Shown here one piece after another: positions 42,024-52,426 of a stretch of 64,000 nt of DNA. The DNA lies in the IMG/VR virus record IMGVR_UViG_3300017766_002535, positions 1,580 through 65,579 of that record. The stretch is one strand, 5' to 3'. Made by a program: the position numbers and the translations under genes. This DNA is from a virus. Taxonomy: Duplodnaviria; Caudoviricetes. Positions within the stretch are counted from its first letter, which is position 1. Each line of letters begins with the position of its first letter. Under the pieces are notes generated by a model. That model searched no databases. It was not told where the DNA came from and saw only the letters and a list, made by a program, of their open reading frames with translations.

Positions 42024-44654
42024 ATGCTCAAGCGATTGACGCCACCAGGGGAAGACGGCGCGCCCGGCAGGTTCAGCGGTCGCGGTGCAGCGCAGGCTGG
42101 CAGCTCCTTCAGGAGCGGTGGCGATCCGCGCGGCGAGGATGCGGTCGAGCGACCCTATGAGGACGATGAGATCGAGAACGCCGCCGAGGCCGGCGCGGTC
42201 GACGGCGCCGGCCAGGACTTTGACGACGGCGATGAGGATGAAGACGATTTCGAGAAGCCGAGCGATGGCGACTTTCTCAAGATGGTCACCGAGGCTACCT
42301 CGCAGGCCGAGTTTTACTCGAACCAACTGAACAAGCGCGCATGGGAGCGCGCCTACAAGGCGTATAGGCAGGAGCATTTCACCGGCTCGAAGTACACGAC
42401 GCCGGATTTCCGCAACCGCTCGAAGCTGTTCATCCCGAAAACCCGCAGCGCCGTTCGCAAGGATCTGGCCGCGACGTCCGCCTCGATGTTCGGCACCGTG
42501 GACCCGATCGAGTGCGCGCCCGGCAACGAGAGCGACCCGAAGCAGGCGGGTGCCGCCGCCGTCATCAAGCAGCTCGTGAACTATCGCACCGATACCGCCA
42601 ACGGATTCCGGGCGGCGATGCCATGGTTCCTGACCGTGATGGGCGCCCGGCAGACCTCGCTCATGACCGGCTTTTGCATTTCCAAGCAGTCGTGGAAGCT
42701 GGAAATGCGCAGGAGCGTCGAGACCTTCGACGACGACGGCGAGGAGCGTCAGCGCGACGTTTGGAAACCCTATGTGGACCGGCCGGATAGCTCGCTGATC
42801 CCGCCGGAGAACGTCACGATCGACCCGTGCTGCGACTGGACAAACCCGGCGCAGGATTCGGCCTACTTCATCATCAAGTGGCCGATGCGCATCGACGAGA
42901 TCAAGCGCCGGCAGCGCGATCCGCGCCAGCCGTGGAAGAAGGTTTCCGACGCCACGCTGCGCTCTGCGAGCGAGGGAGCCAAGATGGAAGCCAGCGCCAT
43001 CCGGCGCGCGCGCGACCAGGGCCTCGACCGCTTCGAGCAATCGAGCGGCAACGCTGAGTTTGACGTCATTTGGGTCTACGAGACCTATATCCGCACCGCG
43101 GGCGAGGATTGGACGTTCTTCTCGGTCGGCGACAAGGCGATGCTGACCGACCCGGCCCCGGTCTCCGAGGTTTATCCCGAGCAGGGCGGCGAGCGGCCGA
43201 TCGTGATGGGCTACGGTTCGCTGGAAGCGTTCTGCGTGTTCCCGCAGGCTGCCGTCGAAAGCTGGCAACCGCTGCAGCAGGAAGTGAACGACGTTCGCAA
43301 CCTGACCATGGACGCCTTCAAGCAGAACGTCATGCCGGTGACGAAGGTGCTGCGCGGCCGGCAGATCGACCTCGACCAGCTCAAGCGGCGCGGTCAAGGC
43401 ACCTCGATCATGGTCACCGGCAAGGACGATGTGACCTGGGAGCGCCCGCCGGACGTGCCCGCCTCGGCGCAGGCCATCAAGCAGCAACTCGACATCGACT
43501 TCGATGACCTCGCCGGGCAGGCCAATTACGGCACGGTGCAGGACAACAACGCGCTCGGCAAAACGCTCGGCGGGCTCAAGCTGGCCGCGGGCGCTGCGAA
43601 CGCGGTGCAGGAATACGACCTCCGCGTCTGGATCAATACTTGGGCCGAGGGCGCGGTGCGCCAGATCGTGAAGCTCGAACAGTTCTACGAATCGGATGAA
43701 GTCGTGCTCGGCATTGCCGGCGAAAAGGCTGAGCTGTTCCAGAAGCACGGCATCAACGAGATCGACGACACGCTACTCGAGAACAACATCACGGTGCGGG
43801 TCAGTGTCGGGCTCGGCGCCGGCGACCCGGCCCAGCGGTTGCAGAAATTCCAGGCCGCAGCGACCGTGGCCATGCCGCTGATGGCGATGGATCCGCGCTT
43901 TGTCTCGGGCGAACTCACGATCGACGGCGAGGCCGTCATGAAGGAGACCTTCGGCGCCGGTGCGGGGTTCGGCGACGGCGGCAAGCGGTTCATCCGCAAG
44001 GGCGAGCCGAAGGGGCCGGATCCTGCTGCTCAGGATGCCATGGCGGCCGAGGGCGAGGAGAGGCGAGCCAGCGCCAAACTCAAGGGCGCGCAGGCCGACA
44101 AGGCGAAGGCGGACGCCAAGGCCGGGATCATCAAGGCGCTCTCAGCAGCGGCAAAGATTGGTCTCGACCTCAAGGCTATGGGCATCGACGAGAGCAAGAT
44201 CGAGTTCGACAAGTCGATCGCTCACATGGATCAGGTCGGGCGCGCGATGGACATGGGCCACAGCCAGGGCCTCGCGCTCAAGGCGGCGCAGATGGCCGCG
44301 AAGGGGCTCAACGTCGACGGCTCGCCGATCGACATGCCCGGCACCGCGCCGGGCGCGGATTATCCGGACGGCAAGGTGCCCGATGCTGTGCTTGGCAAGG
44401 TGCCCGGAGCCGCCGGTGCTGAACCTGGGGCTGATCCCGCTGCGGCTGCGCCGCCGGCCGAGGGCGCGGAGCCGACCAGCATCCCGATGCCGGAGGGCAT
44501 GCCCGAGCCCACCGCGCCGCCAGCCGCAACCCAGCCGCCGGCTGGACCCACTGCATCAACCGAACCCGCGGCGCCGAAAAAGCCCCGCAAGGTGCGGATC
44601 ACCGGCCGCGACCCAGCATCGGGCCGGGCCACCGCCTTTGAAATCGACGATTAA
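42024..44654 (+). CDS. Portal (head-tail connector) protein with long Pro/Ala-rich C-terminus
   Basis: 876 aa after TerL; SKLFIPKTRSAVR, PENVTIDP, RPIVMG...; acidic N-terminus; P22/T7-type layout. Confidence 0.85.
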   Translation: MLKRLTPPGEDGAPGRFSGRGAAQAGSSFRSGGDPRGEDAVERPYEDDEIENAAEAGAVDGAGQDFDDGDEDEDDFEKPSDGDFLKMVTEATSQAEFYSNQLNKRAWERAYKAYRQEHFTGSKYTTPDFRNRSKLFIPKTRSAVRKDLAATSASMFGTVDPIECAPGNESDPKQAGAAAVIKQLVNYRTDTANGFRAAMPWFLTVMGARQTSLMTGFCISKQSWKLEMRRSVETFDDDGEERQRDVWKPYVDRPDSSLIPPENVTIDPCCDWTNPAQDSAYFIIKWPMRIDEIKRRQRDPRQPWKKVSDATLRSASEGAKMEASAIRRARDQGLDRFEQSSGNAEFDVIWVYETYIRTAGEDWTFFSVGDKAMLTDPAPVSEVYPEQGGERPIVMGYGSLEAFCVFPQAAVESWQPLQQEVNDVRNLTMDAFKQNVMPVTKVLRGRQIDLDQLKRRGQGTSIMVTGKDDVTWERPPDVPASAQAIKQQLDIDFDDLAGQANYGTVQDNNALGKTLGGLKLAAGAANAVQEYDLRVWINTWAEGAVRQIVKLEQFYESDEVVLGIAGEKAELFQKHGINEIDDTLLENNITVRVSVGLGAGDPAQRLQKFQAAATVAMPLMAMDPRFVSGELTIDGEAVMKETFGAGAGFGDGGKRFIRKGEPKGPDPAAQDAMAAEGEERRASAKLKGAQADKAKADAKAGIIKALSAAAKIGLDLKAMGIDESKIEFDKSIAHMDQVGRAMDMGHSQGLALKAAQMAAKGLNVDGSPIDMPGTAPGADYPDGKVPDAVLGKVPGAAGAEPGADPAAAAPPAEGAEPTSIPMPEGMPEPTAPPAATQPPAGPTASTEPAAPKKPRKVRITGRDPASGRATAFEIDD

Positions 44655-44668
44655 CAGGAGAGACAGCC

Positions 44669-45408
44669 GTGGCTCAGTATTCGACTAACAATCTGCAGGC
44701 GGGCAGCTTGCAGACCCTCACATCCACCGCCAAGACGATCGTCGGCCTTTCGGCCGCGACCGCCACCTTGCGCCGGGCCTATCTCTACGAGTGGAAGGTT
44801 GGCGCCGCCAACGTGCCTAACGCCGCCGACTGCGAGATCGTGTGGGATCTGATTCGGTCTTCGACGCTCGGCACCGGCACCAACGCCACCCCGAGCCCGC
44901 TCGATGCGGCTGATGCTGCCGCCGGCACGGTGTCGACGGTCAACCTGACCGCCGAACCCACCACCGGCGTCTCGCTCGGCGTCTGCGCACTCAACCAGCG
45001 CAACTCGCAGCGCTGGCTCGCTCGCGATGACAAATCGCGCCTCGTCATTCCGGCGACCAACCTCGCCGGGATCGCGCTTCGCGCCAAGTCGACCACCTAC
45101 GCCAACACAGCGTTGGCAGAAGTGAATTTCGAGGAATAATGCGCCAACCGCAGGGCTTCCTCGAAATCACCGGCCCTGGCCCCGGGGCCAGGGAGGCGGA
45201 CACCTACACATGCGCGCATTGTCAGAACGTGCGTGAGGTAAAGGCGATGGCGCCAGCCGCCGATATGCCGGACGTGTGCCACCTGTGCGGGGACAAGAAT
45301 CGCCCGAGCTTCATCTGCGAACAATGTCGCGGCAAAGGTTGCGATCCGTTCGAGGAGAAGTTGAAGCGCTTCGAGGAGCGCGCGCGATTCCGATGTGAGA
45401 TTGCTTGA
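44669..45408 (+). CDS. Beta-rich structural protein (44669-45139) and Cys-rich zinc-binding protein (45139-45408)
   Basis: SD GGAG; CAHC, CHLC, CEQC motifs in the second. Confidence 0.6.
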
Positions 45409-47162
45409 TGGCGCATTTTCTTAATGTTTGCAGGTTTCGGCCCACCGCTGGCGGCACCACCGATTGGACCTACTCATCTTTTGTCACGGGGTATAACAGC
45501 CCGGCTCTGGCTGGCGTGGTCAACGGCCTTCCCTACAAATATCGCGCGGAAAGCGCGGATTTGGCTGAATGGGAGATCGGCGAAGGCGTCTACAACGCAG
45601 GCGTTCTAGCGCGCACCACGGTTCTCGCCAACTCTGCTGGGACCGGAACATCCGCCGGGCAAAGTGGGGCGGGATCGAAGATCAATTTTTCGACGGTGCC
45701 GCAGGTCGCGATTGTTGCGCTGAAAGAAGATTTGCCAGGGCTGAACTTCGCGAACGTCTTCACGGATACCACCGAGGCGACCGGCGCAGGCACCACAGCC
45801 TCTGCGCTCTTTGCCGGCGGCGTCGAGATTGCCAAGAAACTATTTGTCGTCGGCAGCCTTCTTCTCGGCAACCACACCACCGTAGGCATGGCCACATGGA
45901 TTGCCGGTAACGGCAACCAGCTTCCGGCGCTGTTTGTTGATCGCACCATCTCTGATCCAGAGATCAACGACAACGACATGGTTTTCTATACCGAGCTTAC
46001 GGCGGTGAGCAATACTGGCATCGGCAACCAGTACGCCTCGATCAACATCAGGCCGATAATCGTCTCCACGATCTACAATTGGCAGCACCGCATCGGCATC
46101 GAAGACTTCATGACCTACAATGGGTCAGGAACGCTTGGTTACGATACGACCCTGGTCTCCGGTGTAACGTACAACGGTCCAGTCACCGAAAGAAAAGCCT
46201 TTTGGGTTGCTGACTTTGCCGGAACGGGTTCGTGCGTCGATCAATATGGCCTCTACGTCAATTCGCTGACCAAGGGCACGAACAATTGGGCGGTCTACAC
46301 CGCCGGTACGACGGCGAGCTATTTTGGTGGACCTGTCACCGCCAACACGTCACTCACTTCTCCAATCATAAAGTCTGCTGGCAGCCTGATCTTCCAAGTC
46401 GACGGGGGTGATGAGTCGGTCCGTATGGACACCGCCGGGAATGTTCTTCAAGGCATCACCGCCGTCCCCGCTTTGGGCGACACTGGCAACGGAGTTCGTT
46501 ACGCCATCCAGGGTGCGTCAAACACCTATGGCTATATTCAATTGATGAACGACACCGCTGGTACGGTCGAGTTTGGTCGATTGTGCTTTGGCTCCCCGAC
46601 GTATTCCGATGCTGAAAAGCGCGCTATTGTCATCAGTGCGGGATCATCGACATCAAGCACCGCGACGCCGACAGGCAGGTTGTACTTTTTTGTAAACAGC
46701 GGGAGCGGGTTGAGCATCGCCCTGACCCTTCAGCAGGGCTTGGGTGTTGGTACTGGTACGGATCCCGGCCTGGGTGCCATCCTGTGCAATACCAGCATCA
46801 AGAGTCAGGGCGCCACGGCCGGGATCGGCTACGCGACCGGCTCGGGCGGCACCGCGACCGCGCAGGCGACGGACAAGAGCACGGGCGTCACCTTCAACAA
46901 GATCAACGGCACCGTCACGATGAACGCCGCCTCGTTGGCGGCCAATACGGCGGTCTCATTCACGCTGACCAACAGCGCCATCGCGGCGACCGATTATGTC
47001 CACTGCCAGCACGAAAGCGTAGGAACCATCGGCGCCTATATGATCAACGCCCGCGCTACCGGCTCGGGTACAGCGCAGATCACAATTCGTAACGTCACCG
47101 CTGGCGCGCTCGCTGAGGCGATCGTGCTGCGGCTCATTGTTATCAAATCCGTCAACGCGTAA
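45408..47162 (+). CDS. Fibre/spike protein (receptor-binding or head fibre)
   Basis: Gly/Thr/Ala-rich beta protein, lower-GC middle, C-terminal GIGYATGSGG..TQAT.KSTGVT.NK module. Confidence 0.7.
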   Translation: MAHFLNVCRFRPTAGGTTDWTYSSFVTGYNSPALAGVVNGLPYKYRAESADLAEWEIGEGVYNAGVLARTTVLANSAGTGTSAGQSGAGSKINFSTVPQVAIVALKEDLPGLNFANVFTDTTEATGAGTTASALFAGGVEIAKKLFVVGSLLLGNHTTVGMATWIAGNGNQLPALFVDRTISDPEINDNDMVFYTELTAVSNTGIGNQYASINIRPIIVSTIYNWQHRIGIEDFMTYNGSGTLGYDTTLVSGVTYNGPVTERKAFWVADFAGTGSCVDQYGLYVNSLTKGTNNWAVYTAGTTASYFGGPVTANTSLTSPIIKSAGSLIFQVDGGDESVRMDTAGNVLQGITAVPALGDTGNGVRYAIQGASNTYGYIQLMNDTAGTVEFGRLCFGSPTYSDAEKRAIVISAGSSTSSTATPTGRLYFFVNSGSGLSIALTLQQGLGVGTGTDPGLGAILCNTSIKSQGATAGIGYATGSGGTATAQATDKSTGVTFNKINGTVTMNAASLAANTAVSFTLTNSAIAATDYVHCQHESVGTIGAYMINARATGSGTAQITIRNVTAGALAEAIVLRLIVIKSVNA

Positions 47163-47172
47163 GGAAAGCAGC

Positions 47173-47463
47173 ATGAGAACGATCGACCAAAAATCCGATG
47201 GTGAATTTTCCGTCGCCATGTTGGTGAAGGAAACGGCGGGAATGGCCCCCAATGGCATGACGCTGACGCAGATGCGCAGCCGAATCCGCATCATCGACGC
47301 GGTGGAAGCCGCTGGAGAGACCAAGCCTATCTCGCTTGAGGATGCCGACTTCTCAACTCTGGTCGATGCCATCAACTCGATGAGCTGGCGCGTCGCCGAC
47401 AAGAAGTTGCTGGGTATCATCGATGCTATTCTAACCGCGCCACAGGCTGCGGCGGCGGCATAG
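47173..47463 (+). CDS. Probable fibre assembly chaperone
   Basis: Small helical protein right after the fibre; ISLEDADFSTL...W....L..IDAI. Confidence 0.45.
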   Translation: MRTIDQKSDGEFSVAMLVKETAGMAPNGMTLTQMRSRIRIIDAVEAAGETKPISLEDADFSTLVDAINSMSWRVADKKLLGIIDAILTAPQAAAAA

Positions 47464-47467
47464 TCTT

Positions 47468-48157
47468 ATGTCGTTGCTGGGGTTTGATGCACTCGGGCGC
47501 CTTGCGCTCGGTGAAATACCGTCTCCAAAGCCAACCTTTGTAGGCGGTGACAGTCAGACACAGCAGAAGGTCAGGCGCGGGCTAACCGCCGCGTTGATTG
47601 CGACGGTTGGTGTAGGCTTTGTCGCCCCGCCGCTGCCGGCCCAGGCTCTGGCGTTTTCGCAATTCATCGATCAGAAGCCTCGGCGCATTGTCTCTACCGA
47701 TGAGCAGTTTTGTGCTCTGTTCGAGTCGCCGGAGCCGATCTCGGTCCCATTCGCCGGGTTTTGCGAGTTCGGCCAGCCGCAGCAGATCCGGTTCAACCAC
47801 GCGGCGCAGACCGCAAGCGTCGCGTTCGAGATTGCGCCTACCGTCGTCGACCAGGGCGGCGGCGGCGATGAGCCGAAGCGATCCGATCGGCGCAAGAAAA
47901 CCGGATTCGAGCCGGTCAAGAAGATCTTCCGGGCTCCGGACCCGGAGCCTGTGCCAAGGGTATGGACGCCGCCGCAGCCGGCGTTGCGGCCAATCCAGCC
48001 GCCGCGGCCCGCGCCAGAGCTTGTCGACCAAGATCTAATCCCGCATGACCTGACCGGGATCATGATGCAGATGCGCGCGGCAGAGGAAGCCTCGCGACAT
48101 ATCCAAGACGAACAGGACGCGGCGGATATCGCTGACATCCTCGACCTTCTCGACTGA
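47468..48157 (+). CDS. Hypothetical protein (MSLLGFDALGRLALG N-terminus)
   Basis: 229 aa, Pro-rich, acidic C-terminus. Confidence 0.6.
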   Translation: MSLLGFDALGRLALGEIPSPKPTFVGGDSQTQQKVRRGLTAALIATVGVGFVAPPLPAQALAFSQFIDQKPRRIVSTDEQFCALFESPEPISVPFAGFCEFGQPQQIRFNHAAQTASVAFEIAPTVVDQGGGGDEPKRSDRRKKTGFEPVKKIFRAPDPEPVPRVWTPPQPALRPIQPPRPAPELVDQDLIPHDLTGIMMQMRAAEEASRHIQDEQDAADIADILDLLD

Positions 48158-48178
48158 CCTCCAGCAGATGAGAGACCA

Positions 48179-48544
48179 ATGACTGACGACGCTATCAGCG
48201 CGGCTGCCCGCGCGTTCCTGATCGAGAGCTACATCGACCTCAAGGTGCAGCTGGAAAAGGGCACCGGCACGCGGCCGATGCTCTATTTGCTCGCGGACGC
48301 GCGCAACAAGGCCGTCATCGCCATCCGCAAGATGGTCGAGATCGATGTTTCCGAGAAGGCCGCGCTGATGGCGCTACAGCAGGAAATCCGGCTGTACGGC
48401 GACATGATGGATTCCGCCCGGCAAATGCTTTCGCGCGGCAGGGAGGCGGATCGCGAGATCGCCGAGGAAGACCGCATAGAGCTTTCCGAAATTTTGACCC
48501 CCGAAGAAGCCCGCGAGGCGGGCATCCAGCAAACTGAGGACTGA
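48179..48544 (+). CDS. Small helical head-module protein preceding the scaffold
   Basis: Position and size typical of portal-scaffold intervening genes. Confidence 0.6.
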   Translation: MTDDAISAAARAFLIESYIDLKVQLEKGTGTRPMLYLLADARNKAVIAIRKMVEIDVSEKAALMALQQEIRLYGDMMDSARQMLSRGREADREIAEEDRIELSEILTPEEAREAGIQQTED

Positions 48545-48549
48545 CATCC

Positions 48550-49791
48550 ATGGCACCCAACCTGACCGTCTCCGAGCTTAACGAAGATCAGATCGCCGAG
48601 CAGATCGAGCGCGACAACGAGCGCGACGCCGGCGCCGGGATCGAGGACCAGATCGAGGCCGGCGCTGCCGATGACGCCGATGGCGACGGCGAACGCCGCC
48701 AGGACGATCCGCCCCGCGAGGCGCCGATCCAGATGTCCCCGCAGGATCAGAGGCGGCTCGACATGGCGAACCGCTTCAAGCGGCCGGGCGTCGAGCAGCC
48801 GTTCGACGGCGACATGACCCGCGACGAGAACCTGTACGGCGACGTCGCCGCCCAGCAACTCGAACCGGACCCGGATTTGCCGGAGCCGGGCGTCCCCCCG
48901 GCTGACCAGCGGACGGCGCCGCCGGCCGAGCGCACCTTCACCATCAAGGTGCGCGGCAAGGACGTGGTGCTGACCGAGGCCCAGGTTCTTGAGCGTGCAT
49001 CAAAGGTGGAAGCCGCTGACAGTTATCTTGCAGAATCGCGAGAACTGTTGGAGAGTGCAAAAACCATTCGGGCCGATCGTGCTGGCCCCGACCGTCAACA
49101 CCCCGACGGTCAACGTAGCGCGGCAGACGACGAACCGGACGAGACTGACCATTCGGCCCCCGCGCGCCGCCCTGCGCTGGATCTGAAAAGTGTCGTCGAG
49201 GAAATCCAGTTCGGAGACCCCGAGAAAGCTGCGCGTCAGCTGGGCGAGGCCATCAATACGGCCGCATCCCAAATGGCGAATGAGGGTCACGTCACTCGGC
49301 TGGTCAGAAATGACCTCGCCAAGTCGAAGTTGGACCTCAAGGCTTTCGCGGACGATAACCCCGATATTGCCAACGATGAAATCGCGAGCAACGTGATCGA
49401 GCAATCGATCTACAAGATCTACCGCGAGGAAATCCAGGCGCTCGGGGTCGACGAGGCGCAGATCCCGAAGGACCCGAAGGCCCTTGCCGACTGGCACCGG
49501 CTCTATCGAGTTCACGGGCACACCGTGTCGAAGCCCGCCGAGGTTTTGCAGAAAGCCAAGGCCACGCTCGACAAATTCCGTGGCGCAACGTCAGCACCAA
49601 AACCGGCCCCACGCAAAGATGCGGCTCGCGTTTCAGTCAACGTCGATCGCACCGAACGCCGAATGGCCATCCCTGTTCAACCGTCACGCGCTGTTGCTCC
49701 GCGCCCCAACGCTCCCGCCCCGACACAATCTTCGTCGCGGTCGGATGCCGTCAAGGACATGCGGCGCGCACGCGGCCAGCCGGTCGTCTGA
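48550..49791 (+). CDS. Capsid scaffolding protein
   Basis: Acidic disordered N-terminus, FTIKVRGKDVVLT, helical core, basic C-terminal tail; directly before the capsid gene. Confidence 0.8.
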   Translation: MAPNLTVSELNEDQIAEQIERDNERDAGAGIEDQIEAGAADDADGDGERRQDDPPREAPIQMSPQDQRRLDMANRFKRPGVEQPFDGDMTRDENLYGDVAAQQLEPDPDLPEPGVPPADQRTAPPAERTFTIKVRGKDVVLTEAQVLERASKVEAADSYLAESRELLESAKTIRADRAGPDRQHPDGQRSAADDEPDETDHSAPARRPALDLKSVVEEIQFGDPEKAARQLGEAINTAASQMANEGHVTRLVRNDLAKSKLDLKAFADDNPDIANDEIASNVIEQSIYKIYREEIQALGVDEAQIPKDPKALADWHRLYRVHGHTVSKPAEVLQKAKATLDKFRGATSAPKPAPRKDAARVSVNVDRTERRMAIPVQPSRAVAPRPNAPAPTQSSSRSDAVKDMRRARGQPVV

Positions 49792-49820
49792 CCGGCGGCA
49801 TCACAAGAAGGATCACCATT

Positions 49821-50813
49821 ATGACCGGCCAAGTTTGGGCGGTGGCATCTGAGGGCGGCTATATGTACAGCGATGAGCTGTCCAAGACGCTGCGCCGTCA
49901 GGTCCAGCCGCTCACCAAGTTCCGCCAGCTCTGCGACGCCGAGGATGGCACCGAAAAGGGCCTGAACCGCGGCGAGCTGTTCAACTGGAACGTCTACAGC
50001 AATGTGGGCACCCAGGGCCGTCGTCTGACGGAAAACCAGACGATGCCCGAAACCGGCTTCTCCATCCTGCAGCACTCGCTGACGGTGACCGAAGCCGGCA
50101 ACAGCGTGCCCTACACCGGCAAGCTGACCAACCTCGCCAAGCAGGAAGTCGTGTCGATCATCGACAAGACCTTGAAGGACGATGCGCGCAAGTATTTCGA
50201 CATCGAAGCCTACCTGCAGTTCAAGTCGACCCCGCTGCGGTTCGCGCCTACCAGCGGCAACTCGGCAACCCTGATCACGCTGGACACCAACGGCGTGTGC
50301 TCGACCACCAACAACCTCGCGTTGGGAACGGGACACATCAAGGCGGCCGGCGACACGATGAAGATGCGCAACATCGCGCCCTACATCGCCGACGACTACG
50401 TGTCGATCGCGGAGGTGACCACCTTCCGCGGCGTCAAGAACTCGCTGGAGACCTTGCACCAGTATACCGAGACCGGGCTGGCGCACATCTTCAACGGCGA
50501 AATCGGCCGCTATGAATCGTTCCGCTTCATCGAGCAGACGTTCATTCCGTCCGGTGGCGCCGCCGACAGCACCACCTACGATCCGTGGACCCGCACCGCG
50601 GACGCCTGGAACAATGGTCTGTCCTCGTGGGCGTTCTTCATGGGCGCCGATACCGTTACCGAGGCCGTCTGCGTGCCGGAAGAAATCCGCGCGAAGATCC
50701 CCGGTGACTATGGACGTTCGCGCGGCATCGCTTGGTACTACCTGGGCGGTTTCGGTCTGGTTCACCCCGACGCGACCAATGCGCGCGTCATGATGTGGGA
50801 TAGCGCGGCCTAA
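49821..50813 (+). CDS. Major capsid protein (HK97 fold; N4-gp56/DUF4043-like family)
   Basis: LSKTLRRQVQPLTKFRQ...LTENQTMPE...EAGNSVPYTGKL...GEIGRYESFRFIE...DYGRSRGIAWYYLGGF. Confidence 0.85.
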   Translation: MTGQVWAVASEGGYMYSDELSKTLRRQVQPLTKFRQLCDAEDGTEKGLNRGELFNWNVYSNVGTQGRRLTENQTMPETGFSILQHSLTVTEAGNSVPYTGKLTNLAKQEVVSIIDKTLKDDARKYFDIEAYLQFKSTPLRFAPTSGNSATLITLDTNGVCSTTNNLALGTGHIKAAGDTMKMRNIAPYIADDYVSIAEVTTFRGVKNSLETLHQYTETGLAHIFNGEIGRYESFRFIEQTFIPSGGAADSTTYDPWTRTADAWNNGLSSWAFFMGADTVTEAVCVPEEIRAKIPGDYGRSRGIAWYYLGGFGLVHPDATNARVMMWDSAA

Positions 50814-50826
50814 TCAACCGTCGTGG

Positions 50827-50844
50827 CGCGGTCGAAAGGCCGCG
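50827..50844 (+). terminator. GNRA hairpin after capsid gene
   Basis: GCGCGGTC-GAAA-GGCCGC; no U tract, so possibly an mRNA stabiliser. Confidence 0.35.
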
Positions 50845-50875
50845 TCCATCCACCCATCAGAAAGAGAGAGAAGCT

Positions 50876-51391
50876 ATGAGCTACGAGCGCGTTGGGTGTC
50901 AGACCATCCGTTACACGGTTGGCAACGACACCCCCATTCAGTTCGGTGCCGATGGTGAAGCCAAAAGCTACGCCTTCATCGGCCCGCCCGGCAAAAAGGG
51001 CCTCGTGCGTGACATCGAGGTTCGCATCACCGAGGACATGGTGGGCACCACCACCGTCCCCGAAATCGGCATCGGCGACGCCGCTTCGGATCTTGGCTCG
51101 CTCGACAACGAGTATGGCCGCTTCCGTCTCGGCTCGACGGCGATCCTTGGCTACACCACCACCACCTTCACCAGTGGCATGGTGCGTGCGTCGTCCCTTG
51201 TCGATGGATACCCGCGCGAGCCGGGCGCGGCGACCCTGCCCGGCCGGCAGTCGACGAACTATTCCGAGCACGTCGTGCTCGAGAAGGCGTTCATCCCGGC
51301 CGACACTGCGTTCTTCATCAGCCTCGTGCCCGGCTCCGGCGGTTCCGAGACCGGCGCCGGCATGATCGCGGTGGAGATCGACTGGTCCTGA
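50876..51391 (+). CDS. Capsid cement/decoration-type protein
   Basis: 171-aa beta-rich protein right after the MCP. Confidence 0.6.
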   Translation: MSYERVGCQTIRYTVGNDTPIQFGADGEAKSYAFIGPPGKKGLVRDIEVRITEDMVGTTTVPEIGIGDAASDLGSLDNEYGRFRLGSTAILGYTTTTFTSGMVRASSLVDGYPREPGAATLPGRQSTNYSEHVVLEKAFIPADTAFFISLVPGSGGSETGAGMIAVEIDWS

Positions 51392-51401
51392 CGATATCGC
51401 C

Positions 51402-51427
51402 CAGGGGCCGGTAACACCCGGCCCCTG
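51402..51427 (+). terminator. 10-bp hairpin after decoration gene
   Basis: CAGGGGCCGG-TAACAC-CCGGCCCCTG. Confidence 0.45.
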
Positions 51428-51456
51428 CCTGCAACAAGGCCAGAGGGACCAGACCA

Positions 51457-52420
51457 ATGGCTTACTACCAAGGCCGAGACGAGAACACTGTCATCCCTGC
51501 CAAGAACCCGAAGCCAGCCAACGCCATGCGTGCTGACACCGGGAACGCCGGCCTGGATGGTTACAGCGTTCTTTCACGCGCAAGCCGCTACAGCGGCATG
51601 CGTCCCGCAGTCGGCGGCGAACCGGAGTTTCCGTTCCCGCATCTTCAGGAGGATTGTTAATTGACCAAGAACAGCAAAGGCGTTGTCACGTCGTCGCTGC
51701 CTCGCGGCGATAAGGACAACGTGTCCTATCCGCAGGACAACGCAGGCGGCATGAAGCTGCCGAACGAAACCGGCGGCAAGATGGGTGGCTCGACCACCAA
51801 TCTCTCGCACTCCCTGTCCGGCGCTTCCGCCGTGCAGAAGTAAGGAGCCAACCATGACCATCGATACCCAGCTCGATGCTCCCGAAGCGGCGCCGGTGGC
51901 GCCGCCGAGGGTGCGTATGGACCGCTCGCGTGCGTATGCGTCTGTCACAGGCGACCGCGTTCCAGGCGACCGGCACGCCGCCGTGTTCTTCATTCAGGAC
52001 GGCATCCCCGCCGATTCCGAGGGCTATTTCATCTTCGACCACCCCGACATGCTGCGGAAGGGGAAGGACGGCGATAAGGCCCGCCAAGCCGCCGAGCGCA
52101 AGATCAAGAAGGCGCTGGCGCAGCAGGCCAAGGCTCCGCAGCGCGCGCCCCGCGCCGAGGACGATGACGACGAGTCGGAGGGCCGCGCCGATCGCGACGA
52201 GGATGAGGGCGACGACGGAGATGATCTCCTTGAGCCGATCAACCTCGAAGCGTGGCTGCGCGGCGAGCAGGACGTGGAATGGCAGGAGGTCACCCAGGAG
52301 ATCGCCCGCCGCTACAAGGTCCGCAAGTCGAATATCGCCGATGCCGTGGAGTTCTTGGTCAAGGAGGGCGTCGTTCCGAAGGCGCAGCTCCGCAAGAAGT
52401 TCCAGAAGTTCGCGGACTGA
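51457..52420 (+). CDS. Three small/hypothetical head-completion region proteins (51457-51660, 51661-51843, 51854-52420)
   Basis: SD sites AGAGG, GGAGG, AAGGAG. Confidence 0.6.
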
Positions 52421-52426
52421 TCCCCC

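Noticed and set aside
48989-49186. +1-frame ORF over an A/T3-rich patch of the scaffold gene
   Set aside because: No good SD or ATG start and no protein-like pattern, unlike the nested ORFs in the giant gene.
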